A DNA stretch of 64,000 nucleotides. It comes from Felis catus. Lineage: Eukaryota. The notes beneath the pieces were generated by a model. The model was given only the letters and a program-made list of their open reading frames with translations, had not been told where the DNA came from and ran no database searches. The DNA lies in assembly GCF_018350175.1 (NCBI RefSeq), contig NC_058383.1, positions 27,158,001 through 27,222,000 of the forward strand, written 5' to 3'. Every line of letters begins with the position of its first letter. Positions within the stretch are counted from its first letter, which is position 1. Both the position numbers and the translations under genes were made by a program. Shown here in pieces: positions 49,800 to 61,011 of this stretch.

Positions 49800-50989
49800 T
49801 CTGCTTTCCCTCTCATTGCCATGTCTTCTGACCATCTTTCTCTCCGGCTGCTGGAAACACCCCTAGGGACAGGCTCCTGGCAGCCTCCCGCTTACTCAGA
49901 CAGGCTTCTTGCTCTCACCGCACCACGCTCGGAGGTGAGCTATTAATCTGCACTTTGTGGCTTATCCTTGCTTCTGATTTAGGGCAACATAAACCCTCCG
50001 CAAAATTTCGAGGAATAAATTAGTTTACTAATTTCACCATTAAGAGTTGATCAAAGCGAGCGCCGTTCCCTAATCCATCACCATTTTCCATGTGTATCTC
50101 CTACCCAGTTTTTACCGCAGGGTTCTATACACATCAATTTGCCTGATGCTTTTCCTACATATGTTTTAAATTACTTTATCATTGTATAAATTTCACAGCC
50201 ATTAAAAGGCTCTAATACCAGAATGGCTGACATGGTGTTAAAAATTGGATTCAATTCCACGGGGTAATAAATTGTGACCTAAATCCAATCTCTCATGGGT
50301 GACTGAAGGATACAATGAAAAATTATTGCTTTGTCATTTTTACACTAACACAAATATACCACGGCCACTAGAAGCCGGTCGAGAAATAGCAAGCAACCTC
50401 GGCTGGCTATTTTTCACCCCAGAAAGCTTTGCGGGCAAATCCTGCGGGTCTTGGATGGAATCAGCCACCACCAGAACCAGGTGAATTGCCCGACTGCATG
50501 GATCTCTTTGCAACAGACAGGTTGCAGCTCGGGGACGAACTTAAACCGCACGAGGCTCCCTTCTAAGGGCAGGTGCTTAGACCGGCAGCGCAGCAGGGTG
50601 GTTACGCCTTTGCCTCTGGAGCTGAAGTCTCTCAGCTCAGAGACTGGCTCCGCCACTGAGGAGACGGTATGATTTTAAACAGATTTCCTCCCTCTCTGTG
50701 TGTCAATTTCCTGGACTACAGAGCTGTTCCAAGAACAAATGATTCAATATGGCTAAAATGCTTTGGATAGTCCCTGGCATTTAGCAATCCCTAGGTAAAG
50801 GTTAGGCATCATTATTTAAGAACAGATTCTTGTACAGAGACCTCAGTGCCCTGTTCCTTTTGGCTGCAGAGAAGGAGAGTAATGAACAGCGAGAGAAAGG
50901 TGTTAACATTTCCTCTGCCTCTCCCTTTATCTCTGGAGGAATTGGATTAGTCATTCGACATATTCCAAATGCACATGTACTAAAGGTAC

Positions 50990-51223
50990 CACATAGCAGA
51001 GAAGCTAAAACACGGGTTTTGAAGTCAGGCAGAATGGAGTTTGAACCCAGTGTTTGCCACTTTTAAGTGTCACACTGGGCAAGCCAGCTGACCTCACCAA
51101 GCCTCAGTTTCCCCAGGTATAAAAAGGGGAGAGGGAACGCACTCTTCTCCAGGGCTGTGGGGAAGGCTCTATGAGATGCATGGAAAGTGTTTTCCTGTGT
51201 GCCTGGCACTTAGCAAGTGGCTA
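50990..51223 (+). mobile_element. MIR
   Basis: ctgggcaag...gcctcagtttcccc...taaaaagggg...gtgcctggcacttagcaagtg. Confidence 0.82.
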
Positions 51224-51462
51224 GTTTGTTGGTTTTTTTTTAATTTTTTTTAAGTTTATATATTTTTCACAGAGAGAGATAGAGAGACAGAGCATGGGTG
51301 GGGGAGGGGCAGAGAGAGAGAGAGGGAGACACAGAATCGGAAGCAGGCTCCAGGCTCTGAGCTGTCAGCACAGAGCCCGATGCGGGGCTCGAACTCAAGG
51401 ATCACGAGATCATGACCTGAGCCGAAGTCGGACGCTCCACTGACTGAGCCACCCAGGCGCTC
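51224..51462 (-). mobile_element. Can-SINE
   Basis: TSD agcaagtggcta at 51212-51223 and 51464-51475. Confidence 0.93.
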
Positions 51463-51476
51463 CAGCAAGTGGCTAA

Positions 51477-51672
51477 TTTTTTTTTTTTTTGAGAGAGAGT
51501 GTGCAAGCAGAGTAGGGGCAGAGAGAGAGAGAGGAGAGAAAGAAACCCAAGCAAGGCTCTACACTGCCAGCACAGAGCCCAACATGGGGCTCGAACTCAC
51601 AAACTGCGAGATCATGGCCTGAGCTGAAATCAAGGGTTGGGTGCTTAACCGACTGAGCCACCCAAGTGCTCC
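51477..51672 (-). mobile_element. Older Can-SINE
   Basis: SINE body, followed by ggcactcagcaagtgccta. Confidence 0.92.
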
Positions 51673-52374
51673 AAGGGCACTCAGCAAGTGCCTAAGACAT
51701 AAAGCGTTCACACATCCCAGGCTCTGCAAGGGCTGGCAACCCAACAGGACACACACACAGATGAGATTTGGCCTTCAGCTAAGTGAGGACCACAGAAGAT
51801 TCCAGCGTAACATGTGTTCCAGTGGGAGAACATAGTCTGGGCACCTCATGGAAACTTGGGGAGGGAATCACAGGAGACTTCCAGAAGAAAGCGATATTTG
51901 AAGAAACTCCTTACCCTTACCTGCCAAAAACTTTGAGAGAAGAGCAAAATCAACCTGGTTGTGTTGGTTTGTGTAAAAGGGAGGGACCAGCTTGGATACA
52001 ACTTTCATCCACAGGCATGGGCTCTCTCTTTCAGCACTAGGTCAGTGCTTTCTGGGCCCCAGCTAGCTGACACACAGCCAGCTTCACCCAAGGGAAGAAA
52101 CGGCGCAGAAGGCCAGAATGCTGCCCTCTGAACTGCTATTCTCTGGCTCATCCCGGGGCGGTTTCAGAGCAAGATACTCCCAGAAGCTGAGAAAAGGATC
52201 ATAAACTGCCTTGCTGTGGAAGCAGGTCCACCCTGCCCACCCTGGAGGCTTCCAGAGCACTCACCATCCGCTGCTGATTTCTAATGGGTGCTTGGTAAGC
52301 ATCTGCTGGCTGAAGAGAGGGAATAACTAACCTGAAAGACAGTACCTCATTCAGCAATCCAAGGAGGCGGTGGC

Positions 52375-52392
52375 GGGGGGGGGGGGGGGGGG
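52375..52392 (+). repeat. G18 homopolymer
   Basis: Read directly. Confidence 0.9.
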
Positions 52393-53009
52393 TGGGCATC
52401 GAACAACCAACCGCATAGGTAAGGAGTGAGGCTTACGGAAGACAGATGTGCTGTCAGAGGCGGTTACCGCTGAGGCAGTGGGCGCAGAGGCTGCCTTTCA
52501 AATCTTTCAGGTCTGTCTGGTTCAGATCCTTTCCGTAACTGTGCCTTAGCTGCTGAGATCGAAGCAGCCCAGGGCACAGGGCCTGCGTGAATCTCTGTCC
52601 CATGCTGGGACGCTACTGCAGGGAGAAGTTCCCTCTGTGCCTTGCGTGTCATGAGAAACAACGGTGCCACAGGAGGTGAGGTCCCCCAGGAGCGGGCAGC
52701 CTGAGTCCAGGGCTAAGAGTGTGGGTCAGTCCCCAAAGGCAGAAGGAACACAGTTCTCTGGAGAGAGGATGCGGCACCTGTCCTCCATCTCGCCTTCCAG
52801 AACCCTACCGGTCTTTGGGGCTGATCTTCCCCTGGCTGTTGCACGACACATTTCCGTTTCATTTTTCTTCACTTAAGGTAAAGACGGGAATCATCTAACC
52901 CAGACGTTTTGGGAATTAACACCTGGCTGGGAAGATGACAGACTGACCCTCCTGCTCAAACTCAGAGCTCCCTGGGGAGCAGCACTGTTAGTTCCTCAAC
53001 CTCCCTATA

Positions 53010-53680
53010 GCCTCCTCCTGCCTCAGGGCCTTTGCACACAAGGCACCCTAGGCCTGGAATGTTCCCCCTCCCACCTTTCCCCTAGTTAACTCCTCCCACC
53101 CTGCAACTCTCAGCCCAACTGACCTGCCACCACATGACTCTGCAGAAATGACGGTCCCTGTTGCAATTCTTTATTCTTGTGATCATCTGATTCATGGATA
53201 TACCCTCCCACCTTTCACAGGCTACAAGCTCCATGAAGACAGGGATTCTCTTTTCCCTCCAAGTGAATCTCCCCAAATCTAGTGCCCAGCACAGTGGATG
53301 CTTGATGAACAGCTGTTGAATGAAAGGCCTCAGTATATCCCCAAACTAGAAACTTCCTTTTGGGGTTTGCTCCTAATCTTAGCATGTTCTTCCACAATGA
53401 GACCAAACCCATGTCTGACCACCTTTTGTCCACTGCTTTCTGGAAGTCATTCAGGGACAGCCTCTCTGGCTTCCTGGCTCTTTTCCCTCTCTCCATGCAT
53501 ATGGCAGTTTGCCGTTACCCCGTGTCTCTCCGTTCCTTGTCTGCCCGCCACCCCCACCCCAGGACTGTGAGCTCCGTAAAGTGGGATCTCCTCTCGTTTA
53601 CTGCATCCCAGTACTTAGCACCATGCTAGGTGTGGGGTAGCTTCTCGAAACGAATTCGTTCACTAAGTGGACCAAAAGAA
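53010..53680 (+). mobile_element. L2 3' fragments
   Basis: ctcctgcctcagggcctttgcaca...aagctccatgaagacagggatt...ctagtgcccagcacagt. Confidence 0.75.
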
Positions 53681-54924
53681 ATATATTTAAGAATGCTAAG
53701 GGGAAGAACGCGGATTATCTTCAGGACCAATTTCCAAGGACATCTCTGGGGTTCTCCTAAATTCTCACTGAGCTACAAGAAAGCAAGAGGATGGAGTATC
53801 AGGGGTTCATTCGCTCATCGAGCAACAGGTAATTCCTGTATGTCCAGCATGGTGTCAGGTGCTAGGAGACTTCATGATTCTGCTCCAACGTATCAAAAGG
53901 GGAACATGCCAAGTGTGGAACCTGAATCATTAGCAATCCCAAGTGGCCTGCAACATTCCTGGTGACAGAGACTGGCCCACCAGTGTCTCCACGTGCTATG
54001 TGCGGGAGGGAGGGGCAGTGCTAACAGGAGGGTGGTCTGAGGCGTAGGCATCTCTGATCTCCATCCAGGGCTGGGCCAACATCCAGAAACTCAGGACAGT
54101 CACTGCGTTCCCAGCCTCCCTCTAGCCTCAAATGAAAGGGAAGCCGATTAGCTCTCCACCAAGCTGCTCCAAGCAGTGGTCCACAAATGTGGGTTATAAA
54201 CACGCATCCAATACCGTCTATAGGTGTCATTGTGTGCACACAAGAATGGGGGAAAAAATATCCATCGAACCCTGATCCTCTGGTCTCAAATATGGTCTTT
54301 CCGAGGCTGCAGTTTGCAGCTTCTCTCTGCACCTAAACCTTCCAGCTTGGCTTTCAGGCATGGCAGTTAGGGAACAAACACACCCTAATGACAAGTTTTA
54401 AAGTGAGTGGCAAAACTTTACAGCTGGCAGAATGTTCCTGGGGGAAGAAGAGGAGGTGGGCGGGAGGTGAAGGGGCCATTTATGATATTTCCCGTAACTA
54501 CATATTTAGCTTTCTAAAAAGCCTTGTGGGTGGCAGCTGGCTTTCTTTATGATTCCAAGACTGGGACAGTGGTGGGGAATTAACACCACAGTGCTTGAGA
54601 AGGACAAGGCATTGCGGGATTGGCCTATTGGAACTCACCTCCCAATGTGGGGGGTGGGGTGGGTCTTGAGGGACTGTGGGCCACCACTGCCTGGCACACA
54701 GTAGGAGTTCAATAAATTTCTTTGCTGAAAGATCAGGCTTGAGGGGTCATTGTGTTTTGAGGCCAGAGCACCAACTGACAGTCACCCCCAGCTGGTCCAC
54801 TGGTCAATCCCAATAGCTCCTGCCTGCTAGCAAATCCTCTACTGACCCCAGTAAGAACCTCTCCACAACTGCTCTGTTTTGACTCCTTCCTTAAAAGAGA
54901 ATCAGATCAGAAGTGAGATTACTT

Positions 54925-55605
54925 GCCAACTGGTGCAGCCACTCTACGGTATGGAGGCCCCTCAAACAGTTAAAACTAGAACTACCCTATGACCCAGCTA
55001 TTACACTACTAGGTATTTATCCAAAGGATACAAAAATTCTGATTCAAAGGGACACACGCACCTCTGTGTTTATAGCATCACTATTGACAATAGCCAAAGT
55101 ATGGGAAGAGCCCAAATGTCCATCCACTGATGAATGGATAAAGAAGATACGGTATATATATATGTGTATGTATATATATTCATTATATAATGAATATATA
55201 TAATGAAGTATTACTTGGCAATCAAAAAGAATGCAATCTTGCCATTTGCAACTACCTGGATGGAATTAGAGGACATTATGCTAATCGAAATAAGTCCATC
55301 AGAGAAAGACAAACACCTTATGACTTCACTCATATGTGGAATTTAAGAAACAGCACAGATGAACATAGGGGAAGGGAAGGAAAAAAAAAGATAAAAACAG
55401 AGAGGAAGGAAAATTGTAAGAGACTCAAATATAGAGAACAAATTGAAGGTTGGTGGAGGGGAGGTGGGTGGGAGATGGGCATCACGGAGGACACTTGGTG
55501 GAATGAGCACTGGGCACTATACGTAAGTGACGAATCACTAAGATCTACTCCTGAAACCAACACTACACTATATGTTAACATGAATTTAAATTTTTTAAAA
55601 AAGAA
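54925..55605 (+). mobile_element. Carnivore L1 (L1_Carn-like) ORF2 C-terminus plus 3' UTR, 5'-truncated
   Basis: ORF 54913-55203 WRPLKQLKLELPYDPAITLLGIYPKDTK...PKCPSTDEWIKK is the L1 ORF2p C-terminus. Carnivore-type 3' UTR follows. Confidence 0.92.
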
Positions 55606-55613
55606 GGGACATT

Positions 55614-56495
55614 ATTGAATCATAGGGCAGTTCTATTTTTTTTAAGTTTATTTATTTTGAGAGACACAGAGAGTGAGAGTGAGTGAGGGGCAGAGAGAAC
55701 CCCAAGCCGGCTCTGCACTGCCATCGCAGAGCCCAATGAGGGGCTCGAACTCATGAACCGCGAGATCATGATGTGAGCCAAAATCCAGAGTTGGATGCTT
55801 AACCGTCTATTTTAATTTCTTGAAAACGTCCATAGTACCTCCCATAGTGCCTGCACCATGTTGCATTCCCGCCAACAGTACACAAAGGTTCCAATTTCTC
55901 CACATCCTCGCCAACACTTAGTGTCTTCTGTTTTGTTGTGTTTTTGGAAATGGCCCTCCAAATGTGTGAAGGTGATATCTTACTGGGCGTTTATTCAGAG
56001 TTGAAATCAGGGTCTCAAAGAGATATGGGCGTGCCCACGTTCATTGCAGCAATATTCGCAACAGCTGGGATGTGGAAATAAACGAATGTCCACTGACAGA
56101 GGAAGGGATTAAAAACTGTGGCATATACTTAACAATGGAATACTGTTCAGCCTTCAAAAGGAAGGAAAAATCCTGCCATGTCCAACAGCACGGATGCACC
56201 CAGAGGCCACTATGCTGAGCAAACTACGCCAGTCACAGAAAACAAACATGGAATGATGGCACTTAAATGAGGCATCTAAAATAGTCAAACTCATAGAAAC
56301 AGTGTAGAATGGAGGTCACCAGTGCTTGGGAGGGCAGGGAAGGGGCTTCAGTGGGTGTAAAGTTTCAGTTGAGTAAGATTAGGTCTAAGATCTTTCGTAC
56401 AACATGGCACCCACGTGTACCGATACTGCATTGTACCCTTAATTTGTGAAGAGTGTGGATCTCACGTTAAGTATTCTTATCATGATCAAATAAAA
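55614..56495 (+). mobile_element. L1MA/MB with 5' inversion (55614-55980 antisense, 55981-56495 sense), interrupted by a SINE
   Basis: Antisense tgcattcccgccaacagtacacaaaggttccaatttctccacatcctcgccaacact. Sense cacgttcattgcagcaatattc...ggatctcacgttaagtattctta. Confidence 0.85.
55636..55805 (-). mobile_element. Can-SINE, slightly 5'-truncated
   Basis: Flanked by tctatttt on both sides. Confidence 0.88.
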
Positions 56496-56520
56496 CAAAG
56501 TCCTTTAGTAGCATAAAAAT

Positions 56521-56720
56521 GGGGCGTCTGGGTGGCTCAGTTGGTTAAGTGTCCGATTTTGGCCCAGGTCATGATCTCGCATTTCATGGGTTCGAGTCCT
56601 GCGTGGGGTTCTGTGCTGACAGTTCAGAGCCTGGAGCCTGCTTGGGATTCTCTGTCTCCCTCTCTCTCTGCCCCTCCCCTGCTTGTGCTCTCTCAAAAAT
56701 AAACAAACATTAAAAAAAAT
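56521..56720 (+). mobile_element. Can-SINE
   Basis: TSD-like agtagcataaa on both sides. Confidence 0.93.
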
Positions 56721-57264
56721 TTTAAGTAGCATAAAGTTAAAAAAAAAAAAGTGAAGTAAGATCATGTTAGAACTGTTCAGTTCCACCATCGGCTCCCATG
56801 TCACTAAAAACGACATGTGAAAACTCCCTGCCATGGCCTGTCCTACCCCTGGGGCCAACCCCTTGTCCCTCTGCCCTTGCCACCTGCCCTGCCTAGCCAC
56901 ACTGACCTGGCTGCTCCTACAGGCCAGGCCGTCTGCCAGGACTGTTCCTCTCCCCTGTGGCACTGCCCTCACTTACTGCTCAGAGAGGCCTCTGTGATCA
57001 ACTAACTCAAGTGTCCCCATCCTGTCCTCTCTGCATTGTCTTCACAGCTTCATTACACCAGACGGCAGGCCCTAGACCCACTGGCTCACTTGCCACCTAT
57101 GGCCTCTCCTTTTAGGGCAGAAGCTCCGCGAAGGGGGCGCTATCGCCTGGCACACCTCTCAGAGTCACTGTCCATCTTAGGTCAGGGGACTCGGTGGCGC
57201 GAGCTGTGCCAGTCGAGACCCCGCAGGAACAACGCATTCTCTGCATTTGCTCACCGCTGTGGGT

Positions 57265-57560
57265 CAGGTCCTGGAGCAAAGGTCGGCCGACTACAGCCCC
57301 TGGCTGCCTATTTCGGTACAGCCTTCGAGCTAACAAGACTTTTTGGTACATTTTTAAATGGTTGAAAGATAATCAAAAGAATAACATTTTATGACACATG
57401 AAAATTTTATGAAATTCACATTTTGGTGACCATCAGCGAAATTTTATTGGAACGCAGCCAGCTGGTCATTTATTGATCTATTGACTCTTCCACGCAGAAT
57501 CGAGTGGTTGTGACAGAGACCATATGGCCTGCAAAGCCTCATATTTACAACCTGGCCCTC
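57265..57560. mobile_element. MER58B-like MITE
   Basis: gagctaacaagactttt...acatttttaaatggttgaaa...gttgtgacagagaccatatggcctgcaaagcct. Confidence 0.82.
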
Positions 57561-59049
57561 AATAAACAACACTTGCAGAGGAATGGCTTTCAACACTGCC
57601 TACTGGTGCCCGTAAGTGAGGGCTGATGATGTTCTCTGGACTCTGCACGGTCTCTTTCCCTCCATGAGAAGCCCAAGAAGCACCTCCGGGACCCGTTTTT
57701 TCTGATCCCAGGGAACCACCCCTGAAATACATCCTCTCTCCTGGGCTTTGTGCCTTCTTCAACAGGAGCCCTGGAAGGGTCTGACTGGGGCCTCTGCAAA
57801 TCTGGCCTTTTGAAAACCAAATCAGCTCCGGCCACTTAGCCAGACTGCAGGAGGGTCTATGCAGTCCTGGGATATGTGGTGCCTTTTAACCTTCTGCAGC
57901 TGTTCTCTCATTTCCTCATCATGACGGATACCGCAAAAATCCTGGGCGGGGGTGGGGGGGGTGTCAGGGTCTCTGGCTGACAGGTGGGGAAACTGAGGCA
58001 TGGGCCCCAGGGCACTCAGACTGGCCAAACTGACATCCACATCTCCGTCTTCCTCCCGTGCCAGTCTGCCAACCATGCTTTCTAGAAGCCAGCTATGCGT
58101 GCTGTGTAGTCATCCCACTGCCCCCGGGATGCAGAGAGACGGACAGCAGACAGCCCTCCCGCAGCTGGCTATGCCATCTGCCACTCTCTGAAGCAGGCAG
58201 CCGGCTACCGCCGTCCAGAAGCCCATGCGTCCAGAGCCTCTGGCCTCCCGTAAAGGCTGATGGGTAAAGACCGTTGTCAGCTCCCTGAACGGTTGCCTTT
58301 CTATCGGAAACCCCCTTTCTGTCCATCTCTAGCCCTCACATTCGAGCCAGCTTCCCCCGTCAGGTGCAAATGCTCGCAGCCCCGCGGCTGGTCAGCTGAC
58401 TGCAAAGGACTAGCCCACTGCCTGTCACTCGCCAGGGAACTGCCCTGTCACCCAGGGGCTCAGGCCCAAGTTCCTGGTCCGGTGGCAGCCCACCCCACCT
58501 CCCAGCTGAGAGCTTTCTCTGGAAACGTCTCACATCTTCCCAGCTTATTCTCCACCCAAACGTGCAGGCTGCAGAAGGCAAAGGCCTTTGGAAGCACGGC
58601 TCCACTGGCTTTACCTAGCACTGCAGAGACTGCATGCGGGACAGACCTGGGTGACCGGGGTGGGGGATGGCGGTCCTTCCTCGGGGCATTTTAACTCCAG
58701 ATGGAGGGAGGCTAGAGGCCTATGAGGCCTTTGGAGGAGGCTTCCTGGTATTTAATTGTTCCAATTGTAATGAGGCATTAAAACCTGCATTACCTAGCAC
58801 CTGGCACCAGAGTGCCAGCTACGGGTTGAAGAGTCTTTATCAAGGAAGCCATTTATTAGAAAAAACTACCTCTGCCCTTCCCCAGGGTCAGTGTGTCTCC
58901 TCTGGTCAGGGCTTCCCGGGGAGATGTGGTCCAGGAAGACTTCCCTGAGGAGGTGGCATTTGGGCTGAGATCTGGAGGTGGGGGGAGGGGTGGTAGCCAG
59001 ACAAGGTGGGGTGCCACAGGAAGTCAGCATTGAGGAGGCCTTCTATTCG

Positions 59050-59260
59050 CTCCATTTCTCAATGCTCCCTTCATTTATACCACTGCCAACAGCCTATCCC
59101 CCGTCCACACCAAGCATTTTATACGCATGCTCCCACTGCAGCCGGCAATCCTTATAGGGTAGGAGTCTTTGTGCCCATCTTACAGATGAGGAAGTTGAGG
59201 CACCGAGAGGTTAGGGTCTCACACACCTAGTAAAGGCACAACCGCAATTCAAAACCCTGT
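59050..59260 (-). mobile_element. MIR
   Basis: cccatcttacagatgaggaagttgaggcaccgagaggttag. Confidence 0.82.
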
Positions 59261-60549
59261 GGCTGGAGAAAACCTCTTTTTCCAGCCCAGGCCACCCTTG
59301 GCCTTCCATCTGACATGGTTTCATCTCTATCAAACAGTAGGAGGTCCAGCTGAAGGGACAGGGAGCCCAGCCAATTGTGGGGGCTGCCTGGCTGCAGAAG
59401 GGGTTCGGGCGGGTAGCCTGGCGGCTGCAGTGAAAGACCACCACGGGATGATCTCCCACCATCCATGCATCCCCCTCTTGGAGGCTGTGAGCGGACACAC
59501 CTCTCGGTGGCTGTGAGCGGATGGCGTAGGGATCCCTCCTCTCCATGGGGACATGCGCTGCCATGCCAGGTGCTGCCTCCAGGAGGCGGAGCCAAGTGGT
59601 TAAGTCACAAAGGCAAGGAACGGCCCCAAAGATAGCAAACCCGCTCCTGGGGTTCTAGACTCTTCCTTTTCCTTGAGTGCTGCTAGAGTCAAAGGGCCGG
59701 GATGGGGGCAGGGGGGGCGCGAGGAGCAGAAGCCATTTACAAAGTTGACATTCAAACCCCATTTCCTTTCCTCTGGGTTTTTCAGACTCCCCCCCACCCC
59801 CCACAAAGAACTGCTTCCCTAATTATACCCAACTTCCGGCAGCATATTGGCTGAAGTCTGGGTGATGTGGAGTTCGGCAACATGACAAACCCCGTGCATA
59901 CATCCGTGTGTGCGCATATGTGTATTTACACACATATTACATCTCCCTCCCCTCCCGCCTCCGTTTCCTCATGTAGCAGGAAATAAAAGGGCCATAGGCT
60001 GAAGCTCAAATCCCTCCTAAGCAGAGGGAAATCCGGGTGTCATGGTTTCCAGAAAGGGAATACGATCTCCGTATGGGGTGTAATTACATCTTAGCTTTCT
60101 GCAGAAGAATAGTTTATGGCTTAAATGCTATTAATTGTAAGCCGTTTTGTTCCACGGGAAGTTGTTCATTGATAACTACCCAATTAGGGTTATTTTGCAA
60201 TTAGTCTATTCACAGTAAATTTATTGCAAAAGGGGAGGCTGTGGTGCAGCAAATTAATGCATTGCCGGGCTGGGTGTGCAATGGCTCTTAAATGCCAATC
60301 TTATTAACCAGCTCAGAGGTCCCGGGAGGGTGTGCCATGTTGGCTGACGCAGTGGAGTCCACGGGAAACCCCCGGCAAACACGCTGCCCAACCACCCTGG
60401 GGGTGTCTCAGCACAGGGTGGGAGCCCCTGGCCTCCACTGGCCACTTCGGCTCTCTTGTTTCCCCATTACCGCCCTCCCTTCTCCTTGCAAGGGCTACTG
60501 AGCATCGAGAAATACCGCCTCCAGGCTGCAGGCATCCTCAAGGTCCGAC

Positions 60550-60760
60550 GGTGTGAGCTAAAGTGAAACCTTCTGCCTCCTGACGAGGGAAAGGCTCTTC
60601 GACCCGAGTTCCAATCCCAGCTCGACTAGCCACACACCTCTCACCACGTCCTAAACATCTTTCAGGAGCAATTTCCTCATCGATACAAAGGGCTGATAGC
60701 AGACCTGCCTCCCAGGGCTGTTGTGAGGAATCAATGACATAAGGCACAAACCGGGTGGAA
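60550..60760 (+). mobile_element. MIR
   Basis: gttccaatcccagctc...atttcctcatc...cctgcctcccagggctgttgtgagga. Confidence 0.78.
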
Positions 60761-60788
60761 AATACTACTACGTGAGATTAGGATCTAG

Positions 60789-61011
60789 CAGGGGTACGTG
60801 CACTATGGCCCATAGGCCAAAGCCTGCCCACCGCCCGTTTTTGTACACGGAGTCTTCTTGGAACATAACTAAGTGCTCTGTGCATGTATCGCTCATGGCT
60901 CCTTTTGCACCCTAACAACAGAGTCGGGTAGTTGGCACAGAGACTGTATGGCCCGCAAAGCCTCAACTGTTTTCTCTCTGGCCCTTTGCAGAAACAGAGG
61001 GTTGGCCCCTG
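60789..61011. mobile_element. MER58A-like MITE
   Basis: cagggg...ctatggcccataggccaaa...cagagactgtatggcccgcaaagcct...ctggccctttgcagaaa...cccctg. Confidence 0.82.

Noticed and set aside
54913..55618. ORFs with recognisable protein similarity
   Set aside because: They are the disrupted C-terminus and 3' UTR of a truncated L1, not a host gene.
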